A stretch of DNA of 63,797 nucleotides, filler included, from Octopus bimaculoides (GCF_001194135.2; 5 parts of 4 records of this genome joined end to end with filler, not necessarily neighbours in it); one strand, 5' to 3'; positions 1-13,724 are shown, counted from the whole stretch's first letter. Program-made: numbers and translations. The notes: a model not told the origin generated them from the letters alone.

Positions 1-169
1 ATATATATATATATATATATATATACATATGATATGTATATATATATATATAACCACATACACACACACACACACATTGGTATGTTTTCGGTTTCGATTT
101 CCGGATACGGTAGCAAGACAATTTCACTTTTAATACAGTTCAATATTCATACAGAGAGTGAGAGGCATA

Positions 170-625
170 ATGATCACATCATCCTCATCATTCTCTTCCA
201 CATCTTAATCTTGCCTTGCAAGAATTAGTCGATTCACACCCCCATCATCTTCAAAATGTAGGATTCATTGGATAACATGTATCTGGATTCCTGGTACATA
301 GCAAAAGACAGGATGGTCCAAGTTGGAATGCCTTTGATGATTAGTCCGCTCAGTAAGCGTTATCTTGGGGTCGAACAAGAAAAACAACAGCAACAACAAC
401 AACAACAACAACAACTTCAAGACTGCGATTACGTGGTCGCTTTACCTTGCTAGATATAACACAGCAAAATCTCCCTCAAATACAAATGTATTAAATGTGT
501 TAAAAAACAAAAAAAGGGAGAATGACACATCACGTAATGTAGTCACAGATGGATTGTGCCTGAAAATGAACGGCCTAGTCATGTCTAGAATTAGAATTCC
601 ATTAATCATAGACAGGTCTCTCCAA
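170..625. mobile_element. Decayed interspersed repeat (SINE-like, local family H), two adjacent pieces
   Basis: Motifs such as GGATGGTC..GACTGGAATGCC and AATCTCCCTCAAAT recur in related form at ~4165-4365, ~4575-4720, ~18850-19080 and ~27640-27790. Compared by eye only. Confidence 0.4.
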
Positions 626-665
626 TGAAGTCTAACTTTAGTCGAAATAACAACAACAACAAAAC

Positions 666-707
<42 letters not shown>

Positions 708-1259
708 GGTAAAAATATATATTTCGGTTCAAGATGGATGGTTGTTTTAATTAACAGCAAACGTAATTAATCGCCATTTTCATTAAAGCAATTTCGAAAA
801 TAATTACTTTAAATTCATAATTTCTACACTTTATTGGCGACTCTTGGAATTCATCATTTTTATTTTCGGTTTCCAATTTTTTAGAATCTTTTAATTCATT
901 TTTATTTATTTATCTTATTTATTTATTTATTTTTTTTTTTGAGGGTGGAGATAAAGGCGTGTGGTTTTTGTTATTTTGGTGCAGTGAGACAAAACACATC
1001 TTGAAATNNNNNNNNNNNNNNNNNNNNNNNNNNNNNNNNNNNNNNNNNNNNNNNNNNNNNNNNNNNNNNNNNNNNNNNNNNNNNNNNNNNNNNNNNNNNN
1101 NNNNNNNNNNNNNNNNNNNNNNNNNNNNNNNNNNNNNNNNNNNNNNNNNNNNNNNNNNNNNNNNNNNNNNNNNNNNNNNNNNNNNNNNNNNNNNNNNNNN
1201 NNNNNNNNNNNNNNNNNNNNNNNCACACATATACACTCACGCACACAAACACGCATATC

Positions 1260-1400
1260 TTTTATTTTTTACTCGCTTCAGTTATAAGACTGCGGCCATG
1301 CTGGGGCGCAACATTGAAAAATTATAGGCGAAAAGAAAAAACTATTCCACGCACACACTGATTGAATTTAGTTCGCTACAACATTCTCTCTACCCCATGT
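1260..1400 (-). mobile_element. Partial SINE 3' part (family A/B tail)
   Basis: GACTGCGGCCATGCTGG motif shared with the copies at 8120-8310, 15500-15690 and 57140-57365. Confidence 0.55.
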
Positions 1401-1675
1401 ATTGAGTACTGTTGTTTTTTTTCCTCTACCACTTTTCTACTGTTCGTAGGCGTAAACCTGTATGTCTGGGTATGTGTGTGTGTGTGAGAGAGTCTGTGTA
1501 TGCATGTGCGCGTGTATATATGTGTGTGTGTGTGCATGATGAGAAATTTGTAATATGCTGACCACTACAATGAGAAAAGCATCACCATTTTTCTTTGTAT
1601 ATTGCAGACCACTACACAACGGTCAGCAGTGGCATTTATTTTTTTCTAGTCTCTCTCTCTCTCTCGTTCACCTCC

Positions 1676-1706
<31 letters not shown>

Positions 1707-3406
1707 GACTCTCCTCTCTCTCTTTCACGCTGTTTTTCTCTAAAATTGTCTGTTTTCTTCTAGTCTGCGCTGACCGATACTTCGGCGTGTGCTTGACCAA
1801 TGCTTCGTGTCCGTGTGTCCGTCTGGAGTTTTCGCTTATGGACAACACTTGCTTGCTTACACATTTACCTATTTAGATGCATGGAAAACACACACGTGCT
1901 CGCGCACGCTTACATACACACGCGCCCAAGCACACGCAAACACACATGCAGGAAAGCATGTTTCCATATACGTTCGGACAGAAGCGCGTCACCCTTGTCT
2001 CATATCCAAATCATACACTTTATCTCACTCTTTCTCTCTCTTCCCCCTCTCTCTCTCTCTCTCAGTTCTTTTCGCTTTGTGCCTTTCTTTATCTTTACGT
2101 ATATACATACATACCTATATACATCCATACATACACTCACACACACGCATACACTTATATATACATACATTCATACATACATACATACNNNNNNNNNNNN
2201 NNNNNNNNNNNNNNNNNNNNNNNNNNNNNNNNNNNNNNNNNNNNNNNNNNNNNNNNNNNNNNNNNNNNNNNNNNNNNNNNNNNNNNNNNNNNNNNNNNNN
2301 NNNNNNNNNNNNNNNNNNNNNNNNNNNNNNNNNNNNNNNNNNNNNNNNNNNNNNNNNNNNNNNNNNNNNNNNNNNNNNNNNNNNNNNNNNNNNNNNNNNN
2401 NNNNNNNNNNNNNNNNNNNNNNNNNNNNNNNNNNNNNNNNNNNNNNNNNNNNNNNNNNNNNNNNNNNNNNNNNNNNNNNNNNNNNNNNNNNNNNNNNNNN
2501 NNNNNNNNNNNNNNNNNNNNNNNNNNNNNNNNNNNNNNNNNNNNNNNNNNNNNNNNNNNNNNNNNNNNNNNNNNNNNNNNNNNNNNNNNNNNNNNNNNNN
2601 NNNNNNNNNNNNNNNNNNNNNNNNNNNNNNNNNNNNNNNNNNNNNNNNNNNNNNNNNNNNNNNNNNNNNNNNNNNNNNNNNNNNNNNNNNNNNNNNNNNN
2701 NNNNNNNNNNNNNNNNNNNNNNNNNNNNNNNNNNNNNNNNNNNNNNNNNNNNNNNNNNNNNNNNNNNNNNNNNNNNNNNNNNNNNNNNNNNNNNNNNNNN
2801 NNNNNNNNNNNNNNNNNNNNNNNNNNNNNNNNNNNNNNNNNNNNNNNNNNNNNNNNNNNNNNNNNNNNNNNNNNNNNNNNNNNNNNNNNNNNNNNNNNNN
2901 NNNNNNNNNNNNNNNNNNNNNNNNNNNNNNNNNNNNNNNNNNNNNNNNNNNNNNNNNNNNNNNNNNNNNNNNNNNNNNNNNNNNNNNNNNNNNNNNNNNN
3001 NNNNNNNNNNNNNNNNNNNNNNNNNNNNNNNNNNNNNNNNNNNNNNNNNNNNNNNNNNNNNNNNNNNNNNNNNNNNNNNNNNNNNNNNNNNNNNNNNNNN
3101 NNNNNNNNNNNNNNNNNNNNNNNNNNNNNAACCAAGTGGGAGAGAGCAGAGGAAGAATATATAAGTCCATCTTGATATATATACATACATATATATATAT
3201 ACATGCACACATATGTACACATGCACACATATAAATATATGCATTTGTATACATATATAGATATGTGTGTGTGCATGTATATGTATGTGTAGATTTATGT
3301 TTATGTGCGTGTGTAATGCAAAAATATACATTTAGATGTATACATACAAATAAGTGCATATCTATCTATGTATATATGCATGTATGTATGCATGTATGTA
3401 TGTCTG

Positions 3407-3451
<45 letters not shown>

Positions 3452-3514
3452 GTATGCATGTGTTTGCGTAACAATAAATAAATAAAGCTGACCTTGTGTA
3501 CAACATCTATTACT

Positions 3515-3571
<57 letters not shown>

Positions 3572-3830
3572 NNNNNNNNNNNNNNNNNNNNNNNNNNNNN
3601 NNNNNNNNNNNNNNNNNNNNNNNNNNNNNNNNNNNNNNNNNNNNNNNNNNNNNNNNNNNNNNNNNNNNNNNNNNNNNNNNNNNNNNNNNNNNNNNNNNNN
3701 NNNNNNNNNNNNNNNNNNNNNNNNNNNNNNNNNNNNNNNNNNNNNNNNNNNNNNNNNNNNNNNNNNNNNNNNNNNNNNNNNNNNNNNNNNNNTGGCGTGT
3801 GTGCGTATACATATGTGTGTGCGTGTCTGA

Positions 3831-3886
<56 letters not shown>

Positions 3887-4164
3887 CGCGTATTCAAGTA
3901 TGAAAACGCATTTGAAAATATGCACTTGTGCATCAGGGGTGTTTTTGTCTTAAACCTGCAGTCTACCCACTTCAAAAGATTGCAAGAAAAATACAGCATA
4001 AGAAATGTTTTCTGACAAATGTCATTGATTGGCAGATGCTGTTAGATCTGGTCGGAATCATATTTAGATTTCAATATGGAATGCATGGTAAACATGTATA
4101 TTTTGTAGTAAATCAATGCTGTTGTTGTTGTTGATGTTGCTGATGGTGTTGATGCTGATGATGC

Positions 4165-4365
4165 TGATGCTTGCTTAGAACTCAGGTCAGTCCTCGTTCA
4201 GCAGGCAGACGTATGCTCTAAGGCATTCCAAGTCGTGACCATCCCGTCTTTATTTTTGATGGTCTGTAGGATGCTTTAACTGTTTTTGAAATGTGAGGAG
4301 CCTATCTTATTTAAAAAGACAAGCTGTGATTTGAGAGAAATTTAGCTGCTATCTCTAGCAAATGG
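4165..4365. mobile_element. SINE-like repeat (family H)
   Basis: GGCATTCCAAGTCGTGACCATCCCGTC and GTGATTTGAGAGAAATTTAGCTGCT match, in reverse orientation, the motifs at 170-625. Confidence 0.45.
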
Positions 4366-4752
4366 AATGTTGTTTTTGTTGTTGCTGTTGTTTTTGTAGT
4401 CTGCTTTGATCAAGCGGACCGATCATAAAAGCCTTCCTGCTATGCCCATTACAACGAGGACTACATTATCCAAAAGGGTGCATTATTTTGCAGTAGAACA
4501 GACTATTATTTTTAAGAGGTCGTACAGGTTCCCTCGTTGGCTCAATCAACTGTGTCGTTGTTGTTACTTTTGTTGTTGTTGTTGGTAGTCGTGGTGTTTA
4601 ACCACGGGTCCATTCTGATCCAGTAGAACTATCATCTAAAGCGTCCTTGCTGTGATCATCGCATCCTAAATGCATCAGGGGTGCTGTGGCAATATTATCC
4701 AGGATGTAATTAACACAAAAAATATTTTAAAATAATATAAGTTAAATTAAGA

Positions 4753-4783
<31 letters not shown>

Positions 4784-5213
4784 ACAAAAGACTACTGGGT
4801 GTAATTTGTTGGGAGGGAATAAATTTGCGAGCCAGTTCTAGAAGATTAAGCGTCCACGTAGAGGCATTCCTTGTTGGCTTGGCCTAACGCTGTGTTATAA
4901 AGATGAGTAAGTAAGTAAGTGAGCTATCTATGAACTGGTTTGTGAAGAGATAAGTAACAATAGGTATAAATACATGGTGTGGAGGATGGCGGAGATGAGG
5001 TCTAGATAGACACATTGAGTCGGTGATTACGAGCGGAAGAAAGTAGGTGTGATGGTGTGCGTATGTATGTGTTTAGATGTATATATGAAAATATACCTCT
5101 GAGTGTGTGAGTATGTGTGTGTGTGTGAGTGTGTGTGTGTGTGTGTGTGTGCTTGAGTGTATGTCTGTGTGAATGTGCATGTGAGTATATGTGTGTATGT
5201 TTGTGTGTGTGTG

Positions 5214-5248
<35 letters not shown>

Positions 5249-5364
5249 AACTGCGTTTGTCATATGTAGGTCTCTGTAAACGTGATCTTACATAGATTAG
5301 TACACTTGCATATCCACACCACACATTCTAATATAAGCAGGCACAGATAGGAGTTCACACAGTG

Positions 5365-5408
<44 letters not shown>

Positions 5409-5446
5409 ATCCATCCATCCATTCATTACATACATATATGTATGTA

Positions 5447-5484
<38 letters not shown>

Positions 5485-5529
5485 CATATATATATACATA
5501 TATATATATATACATATATATATATATTT

Positions 5530-5564
<35 letters not shown>

Positions 5565-5640
5565 CACACGTATATACACACATATATATCTATATCTATC
5601 TATCTATCTGTCTATCTATCTATCTTTCTTTCTTTCTTTG

Positions 5641-5675
<35 letters not shown>

Positions 5676-5821
5676 ATATATATATATATATATATATTTA
5701 TACAAACACACATGCACATATGAATATACATAAACAGGTGTATACACAGACGTGCACGCATATATATGCAACGTGTTCATATATAAGCAAATATGTTCAC
5801 TTATTCAGGTAGCATATAAAA

Positions 5822-6142
5822 CTGGCCTTTCATCAGTTAGGACGGCGAGGCTTCCAGTTAATCCCATCAACGGAACAGCCTACTCATGAAATTAATGTGC
5901 AAGTGGCTGAGCACTCCACAGACAAGTCTATTGTTAACATAGTTCTCAGAGAGATTTAACATGACACAAGATATGACAAGGCTCGCCCTTTGAAATGCAA
6001 GTACTACTCACTTCAGCCTGCAGAGTGGACTGGAGCATCACGAAATGAAGCGTCTTGCTCAAGGACAGAACGCGCCGCCGTGAATCGAACTCACGGCCTT
6101 ACGATCGTGAGACGAATAGCCTAACCACTTAGCCACGCGCCT
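5822..6142 (-). mobile_element. tRNA-derived SINE (family E), near full length
   Basis: The reverse strand begins with a tRNA-like head (GGCGCGTGGCTAAGTGGTTAGG, B box GAGTTCGATTC). The body CAACGGAACAGCC..GTGGCTGAGCACTCCACAGAC recurs at 46090-46175, 54775-55025 and 61785-62075. Confidence 0.8.
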
Positions 6143-6612
6143 TCACTTAGGTAATATATACATACAAACACACACGCATATATCTATGTGTGCGTGTTTA
6201 TTATGTAGATACTTTATTTACCATATATACATACATTCATACACACACTATGTTTGTTCATGTGTAGGTATGCATATGCGTACACATTTTGGTTTGAAAG
6301 GAAAAATTCAATTTATCAGATCATGATTAATTATTAATTTCTTTAGGATCACGACAAATTATAATGTATCACCCCCCACACATACTGACTTGTGCATCTG
6401 AAGCATCGTTGACAATTCTTGTCAAAAACAGCAAGGGGAGAGGACTCTGAATTATAAAATGATTACAAAGTAGAGAAATACACTGGGGTAGTATGTACTG
6501 TGACAACTCCAGGGAATGTTTCGATTTTAGAAGTTAACAAGTACAAACCCAGTTATCGAACCATTTTGAAATACTATAGATTTCTTATGAACATTTTAGA
6601 AGCTTGCTTCCC

Positions 6613-6725
6613 AAATACATGGTTCCACTAGGCGGCACCTAACGCAATTATCTTCTATTATAGTGATATGGTCGAGAGCCTATCAAAGCCTTGTGAGTGA
6701 ATTTGGTCGACAGAACCTGAAAAAA
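6613..6725 (+). mobile_element. Decayed tRNA-derived SINE head (family A)
   Basis: CATGGTTCC..AAAGCCTTGTGAGTGAATTTGGT matches the intact copies at 40135 and 45689. Confidence 0.6.
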
Positions 6726-6759
6726 AAAAAAGGCTGATTCTTTTGTGGACTTTTTCGTA

Positions 6760-6870
6760 TTCCTTTCCGAGAAAGAGCTATGCTCGAAACGTCAAAAACT
6801 CTCTCTTTTTATCAAGCGTCAAACTAATGCATTTTATGTTTGTCATTGTTATTTTTAATGTACGTTTATT
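6760..6870 (+). mobile_element. PLE-type tail with a decayed minimal hammerhead motif (6767-6793)
   Basis: CCGAGAA-A-GAGC-TAT-GCTC-GAAA-CGTC: helix II and GAAACGTC are intact, but the CUGANGA core has two substitutions. Confidence 0.4.
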
Positions 6871-7576
6871 NNNNNNNNNNNNNNNNNNNNNNNNNNNNNN
6901 NNNNNNNNNNNNNNNNNNNNNNNNNNNNNNNNNNNNTATATATATATATAGATAGATAGATAGATATATGCAGGTCACTTGTGAAGTCTCTCATGTGTGC
7001 TACTGGTAACATAGAATTCAGTACAACTTATCGGGTCATCAGTGACTAAATCGTCACCCCAACTAGGCGTGCCTGGTGAGGAGGGTTGCTAGGATCCTGT
7101 CCAAAGGACGGATGAACCAATGTAGACTCAACGACTCTCTAACAATAGCAAGATCCCTCAGAAATTCCGAGTCGGTGTCAGAAGTGCTGGAAGATCACTG
7201 AGAGTTAGGCACCCCTCACTCTCTAGGAGAAGATCAGTCTGATATAAAACCAGATATGCAGGGAATGGCATTGAACATTTTGGTGATCTTTTGCTTGCGA
7301 TTGAAATCATGGAGCTCCCACATTCCTGAGCCTGTGACCCATATTGGGACTAAATATCTTGACTTGGCTTTCTCTGGATCATGTCAGTTGAGTTGAGAGG
7401 GTCTGTGAGATGGTGTGCAAACCTTATGGGGCCCAAAATTTCAAGTTGCAATACCCGGTCGAATAGGAGTACATTGCCGAAAATACAGAAGGTCCGGACA
7501 TGAAGCTGGTTGGAACCGACTGCTGGTGCACCTCATGCACGAGCGCTGCTGGCATTTTGTATGGACAATGGTCAGC

Positions 7577-7656
7577 GATGGTCTTCTGTGACGATGGTCT
7601 TCTGTGACGATGGTCTTCTGTGACGATGGTCTTCTGTGACGATGGTCTTCTGTGAC
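7577..7656. repeat. Minisatellite: 5 perfect copies of a 16-bp unit
   Basis: GATGGTCTTCTGTGAC x5, counted directly. Confidence 0.97.
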
Positions 7657-8119
7657 GAGTGTACAGCCATCATACATGTGTGTGTGTGTGTGCGTGTGTG
7701 AATCTATGAATGTGTGTGTATGTGTGCGTGCGTGTGTGTGTATGTGCGTGTGTGTGAGTGTGTGAGCGGGCGCGTGTGTTCTTCAAATTATACCTGACCA
7801 TTTCACCACTGTAAGGAAATATTGTAATCGAGAGCTTGTTACTAGCTATATTAGGTCCGAGGGTGGTAGCGACTGGAAATCCTTCGATTGTATGATTAGC
7901 ATAGCAATGGCAATTAGTGTTGGACATACTGTTTATATGTAGAACATACTGCTTATATGTAGAACATACTGCTTATATTCAAGGGTCGCTGGCGACTACG
8001 TGGTTACGATTTCCGTCTCACTACACGGCAGCATGTGTAAGGTACTTCTCACAATTCCCGAAATCGACCCGAGATTTCTTAAAGAAAGTTGGTCAACGTA
8101 AACTGTGTAGTGACTGATT

Positions 8120-8310
8120 CTTCTTTCATCGTTTAGTTTTTTTTCAGTCATGTAACTGCGGCCATGCTGTAGTACTGCCTTGAAGGGTTTAGCTGAAGAA
8201 ATCAACTCCAGTACTTATTTCTAAGTAGTGTCTTTTTGTCTGATAGTTTAGTTACGGGGACGCAAGTAAAACAAAACCTGTTGTCAAGCGGTGGTTGGCT
8301 ACAAACACAA
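8120..8310 (-). mobile_element. SINE 3' part (family A/B tail)
   Basis: CTGCGGCCATGCTG..GTTACGGGGACG..GTTGTCAAGCG matches 57140-57365. Confidence 0.7.
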
Positions 8311-8459
8311 AGGCTCAGGCACTGTGGTTAAGAATCCAATTCGGCTCAGATCATCCAATGTAAAGTTCCAAACAACCACAATAGTGAAACGTACGTAGGA
8401 ACTAATACTATAAATATTGTTATCCTAAGCAGACAAATTATGAAATAACAATGATGATG

Positions 8460-8547
<88 letters not shown>

Positions 8548-8567
8548 TAATATAACAATAATAATAA

Positions 8568-8760
8568 TCCTTTCTACTACAGGTACAAGATCTGAAACTT
8601 TGAGAAAGAGGGCTAGTCGATTACATCGACCCCAGTTCGTTACTACTACTTTTTTCCTGGACCCCGAATGGATGAAAGGCAAAGTCGATCTCGAAGGGAT
8701 TTGAATTCAGAACTAGAGACCAACGAAATACCACTAAGTCAAACGAAATACCACTAAGTC
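8568..8760 (-). mobile_element. tRNA-derived SINE (family C), truncated next to the LINE
   Basis: GTCGATTACATCGACCCCAGT..GGATGAAAGGCAAAGTCGA..GAATTTGAA motifs shared with many copies; (AAT)n tail; 20-bp local duplication at 8721-8760. Confidence 0.8.
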
Positions 8761-8779
8761 AGTGCGAATTTACCTAAAC

Positions 8780-11530
8780 CCGTATAAAAAATAAAACAAT
8801 GACAAGAAAATTATAACAAAAGAATTCTGCAATGAAATGTGAGTACCTTTCAAGAGTAACCAAGGAACTCCACAGATCCTGGGTCGCCCCGACAACCAAG
8901 TACACCATTGGCAGATATTCCTATCCCATCCATTTTCTTCATCCTCCAGACGCTAAATTGGAGTACAGCTACTAACTTGGGCCAGTTTTGCCATATTCAC
9001 ACACTTTTCAACAAATTTACTGGAGAGCTACTCCCTTTCAACCCTTACCTTCTTTTTTAAATTGAACTTAAAGGCGTCAATGAGAGCTTGGCCGAAGAGG
9101 AAAGCATCTCTCTTCAGTCCTTACAGTCTTGTCCTCTACACAACCTCTTTCACCAAAGCTATCAGATAGAGGAAAACTGCCGGCTCTTCCCAGCCCCCAA
9201 AAGGCGACCTGTCCTCATTAGAGTAGCATGATAGCCGGATCTGTTCTATACGCGATAGCAGCAGCTCGAAGAACTCAAATGGTCATCAAAGCTAGGTTAC
9301 TGGACGAGCGTATGTAGGACGGTTTCGCAGTGCATATATCGGGTAGGTGCGGCTGTAGAGTTTATCCCGAACAGGTAATGCATCTCCATTCAGTAGCACT
9401 GTCAAACCAAGGATTTCTGTAAATTTTCCACTGGACCAGGACCGAAAGTCTTCCGAAAAAGACCAACAAACCGATTCTGGTCGGCACCCAGGGTCTCTCT
9501 GAGGAAATGATCGATCTTGCCCGCGGCTAATCATCTATAAAATGCCATAGTGGAATGCTGCCGATTGTATTGCTCGACTGGTTGAAGACTGTGAGCACTT
9601 GATGATTCTGGTGCCCTGTATCGGTCTCCGATTAATCCAGAACAACAGTTCCGTCCAAGAAATGAGCTGTGAAATAGTGAAGCAACTTAATCTTCTCACC
9701 CTCAAGGAAAAGCTGGAGATGTGACCTCAGCGCATGTCTGCGTACCATTAGCCAATGAATACCAAGTCCTTCATGCGGTGGATGTTGATAACAAATAGAC
9801 CATCTGATCAGCGGAACCCGTTTCGTCCACAGAAAGGGGAAGGCAAGTGCTCCAGTCACGTCAACCATGAAACATAGCAAGGCACAATAATCGGGTGGTA
9901 GTAGATGATAGATGCACTCTAGGCGTTCGCCACATCCGCAGTATGCTTCTGCTATAACTTCCTTTCGGTCCATTTCCGAGTGAGATTTACCTACCTGCTC
10001 GTCACCCCAACGCAGTTCTTGTCCACTTGTAAGTCTGAACCATAATAGACCATGAGTAATCTAACCGGTCCGTCCGTCCAACACCCACGGCGCTGTTAGG
10101 CGGCATCGCTGTCTCACCATGTGCCGAGTTGCAGTTTCACCAACTATTCTTGGTTAATTTTTGCTCCTCTCACCGATTCATACTCCCCCAGAGCAATGCT
10201 GATCACTTTGATGTATTTGGTATCAGTCACTATTACGTTGATTTCTGCATTTGTTAGCATTGCTTTTGCACATTCATGTTCACGTGGGAGCCCCCTGAAA
10301 ATCCCTAACGTCTGCAGTAGGCACTCGAGCAGGTACAGAAGGGGGAGAAGGGGGCAACCTTGTGAACCGAATGGGTGATACTGAATGGTTCTGGCAAATT
10401 GCCATTTACTCTGGCCAACAGGCCAGCAAGCAGATATCCTGTGTATATTGCAGCAATCCAACCTTTGAAGATGGGACCGAAATCACCTCCATGAGACAGC
10501 GGCCGAATAGTGATCAACCTCTATTGAAAGCTTTCGACTGATGTAAATTGATAAGAGACCCATTCATGCCAGGTTATGTACTCACCCTTTGTTTCGCACG
10601 AGGTGGAGGTTGTCATGCATATATGTGTTTGGGATGGGGAATGTCTTTGCCTCACCTACAATATTATCGACAAGTACTAACCCCTGTGATAACACAGTCT
10701 AAAATCTTCAGTTCAGTATTTAGTAGAGTCATGGGCCTGGAGTTGTTAAAATAATCCCCATTTGTCAGGTCCTTCCTCAGTAGTACCACCACACCTCGTA
10801 TCACAGGGTTGGGAATTCTCCAGTTTTGCTGTTCGTTGCAGTAGATATCTGCCAAGAGGCTCCCAAACAAATCTGGCATATGGTAGACCATCCAGCTTCG
10901 GCATCTTCTCTCGTATTTCATCAGCTGTTATCGCCCTATGGCAGAAATTCGCATCCTTGTCCGAAAACCGTGGCAGGCAGTCGAGGTAAACGGTAAAGTC
11001 TACCCCGTTTCCTGTCCACCGTCCGCTCCAAACAGTTGTACCAGTGAAAAACCACACATATCTGCTTGGAATCGAGTAGCAAATACCCTTCCCGATGCGT
11101 CAGACTGAATGACGGTCTTGTTGTCACGTTGCGCCTTGCCACATGGACCCATTTCGCTCCTTCATATCTTAGAGCGTGCGCTTTGACTTTGACAATGCGA
11201 CCTTCGTGATTCGCGTTGAAGAATTGACTGAGGGCCAGTCTCATTGCCAGTACGTCTGTCGCAATTCCTTTTCTGAGCGCCTCTTCTGGGTTCTTAACTG
11301 GCTCACCCTCTACTCTACAATTCTCTTATCACTGTTTCTTTGCAAATCGTTACTGATGCTAACCACCATCGGCTGTTGACGATCAATCCCGTCAAGTCCT
11401 CCTAACTAGTTCTCTAATCCAGTCTCTGTAAACTTGGCGCGCTAGGAAAGACGAATTCAGTTTCCAGTAACTGGTTCCCTGTCTGTGCAGGGGATCATTG
11501 TTATAAATTTCTACCGATTACAAAATTGCA
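8780..11530 (-). mobile_element. 5'-truncated, decayed Tx1/L1-clade non-LTR retrotransposon (end of APE endonuclease, RT, C-terminus, 3' UTR)
   Basis: The minus strand gives, across stops and frameshifts: SYWKLNSSFLARQVYRD (end of endonuclease), LDGLPY, RGVVVLLRKD..RPMTLLNTELKIL, (D)QSKAFDRVDH, QGCPLLPLLYLL, a YADD-equivalent decayed to TNAE, and C-terminal LIALVKEVV..FKFNLKKKVRVERE. These are typical L1/Tx1 RT motifs. Confidence 0.88.
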
Positions 11531-11579
11531 ACATGTACGTATAAGCTATAATATTTATAATGCGTCTCAGGCAGCGACC

Positions 11580-11715
11580 TTGCAGTATCGTTACAACGCC
11601 GGACAAAATACTTTGCAGCATTTCGTCCGTCCTTACCCCAGTTGTACACTGGGGTCGATGTAATCGACTTACTTCTCCCTCAAAATTGCTGGCCTTTTGC
11701 CAAAATATGAAACCA
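11580..11715 (+). mobile_element. SINE family C with internal deletion
   Basis: CTGGGGTCGATGTAATCGAC is the reverse complement of the core at 8616-8636. Confidence 0.6.
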
Positions 11716-12153
11716 ATATATATTATGCATGTATTTGTATATGTACATAAGAAGTACATATATTACACTTTTATATGTAAATATATAAGTATGTCATACA
11801 TACAAGTAGTGGTACGATGGTAGATCAACACCCGAGACACCTATTAAAATATATATATGGATTTTATTTTAATGCATGCCTCAGTCGTTGATTTACCATG
11901 TATCACTATTAGTATAATCAATTCTATATACAATACATATTATATGGTAAATGTATGTAAATATATTTTTATTTACATATTCCGTCAAGCACTTCGTTTT
12001 CGGTAACAGAGATGGTATATGTCCGACTAAATAACGATGTACATTGTTGGTTATATAGTGCTTTATGTGTGCGTGAATGCGTGTGACGTTTGTGTACGTA
12101 CGCGAGTGTGCGAGTTGTGTTTGTTTGTGTTAGTGTGTGTGTGTGTGTGTGTG

Positions 12154-12185
<32 letters not shown>

Positions 12186-12526
12186 TGTATGTGTGTGTGT
12201 GTGTGTGTGCGTTTGTGCGTGTGTTTGTGTGTGTATTTGTGCTTCTGCTAGTGTGTGTGTGCGTGCATTTGTTTGTCTATTATATTCAGACTAAATTTAG
12301 GGGACGATACACTGTTTAGCACTTGGAGACGCTACTACAGTATATTCAGAGACCACAAACTAAAGCCACCTAACGTATAGAAAACACACAAACACTGCGC
12401 GCGCACACACACACGAATGTAAACATATGTATATGTATACACATAAATACACATATATATGTATATACATCTACATACATATATACATACGCACACACAC
12501 ACACACACACACACATACATATATAC

Positions 12527-12582
<56 letters not shown>

Positions 12583-12643
12583 GTCTATCAATCTATCTAT
12601 CTATCTATCTATCTGTCTATCAATCTATCTATCTATCTATCTA

Positions 12644-12698
<55 letters not shown>

Positions 12699-13204
12699 GA
12701 TAGATAGAGAGAGAGAGAAACTGAGAGAGTGAGGGTGAGAGAGATGCATACACATGCATACATATATGCACAATGATGTTACACATACACACGTACATAT
12801 TTATATAAATAGAATGTGCTTACGCGTATACATATTGTGACTTCTTTAAGTTATAGCTTAATTTTCACGGGGAAGAAAAAACAGCTGACAACAGAAGGCT
12901 TTTCTCCGAAATTTTCCCTCTAGACTGTTTCGATGCCATGAAACAATCATATTTGAAACCCTGATTGAGTAAGCGGAAAATGTTATGAGCAGAATGAGAT
13001 AGTGGGCATACTTTTTCGACATGAGCTTGCGACATTATAGTAAGGGGAAATATATACGGATTTAAATGTGCCTTTCGAAGTTAATAATAGCTTCCACAGG
13101 ACGCTAAAAGATAACTTGAAAATTCTGCTGGCTTCATCCTGTCTGATAAAATTGGGAAATTTTATACTGTTTATTGGAAAGCATTACAATGGGGTTGGGG
13201 GTTA

Positions 13205-13724
13205 GGGGCACAATGAGTAATATTTACAGCAGTTTTGATTTTGGGAAAAATATGTTTACTACCTCACAGAAACTATATCAGCTAAGCAAATGACCTGTAA
13301 ATGCATTAAAAACACCAAAACACTCAGGAGACTATTTCAAAAAGCTGTCTGTTCTCTCTGAGCATACACGAGATATATTTAGGTGGGGTAAAATGAGTAA
13401 GACAAAATAAGATAAGTTTGACTCTTCAAATCTCCAGAATTACAGTTGAAAGAAGATCCATACGCATCAGTATCCATCCTTAGACATAAGAAAGATCAGA
13501 AATGGAACAAAAGCAAAATTCCTCGGTCAAACGAAAGGGGATCTGGGGAAAGTGACACCTGATATGAAATCAACGAAACTCGACTAAATCCAAATCTCAA
13601 CATAAAATATTCTCTATAGCATCTTCACGATCTGCTAGAGGTGCTCATTTCCATATATATTTGCACATTATGCCATTAAAAAGAAAACAATTATTGAAAT
13701 TAGCCATTACTCGTTTTACCCCAC
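13205..13724. mobile_element. Decayed MITE or DNA-transposon remnant with repeated terminal motifs
   Basis: GTGGGGTAAAATGAGTAA (13383-13400) and TTACTCGTTTTACCCCAC (13707-13724) are 17/18 inverted matches. A third related direct copy GGGGCACAATGAGTAA lies at 13205-13220. Confidence 0.4.

Noticed and set aside
5829-5840. CTGATGA on the minus strand as a hammerhead core
   Set aside because: It is a CpG-decayed part of the SINE family E terminus, with no helix II partner or GAAA.
7577-7656. CRISPR-like array
   Set aside because: Perfect head-to-tail tandem repeats without spacers, in a eukaryotic context.
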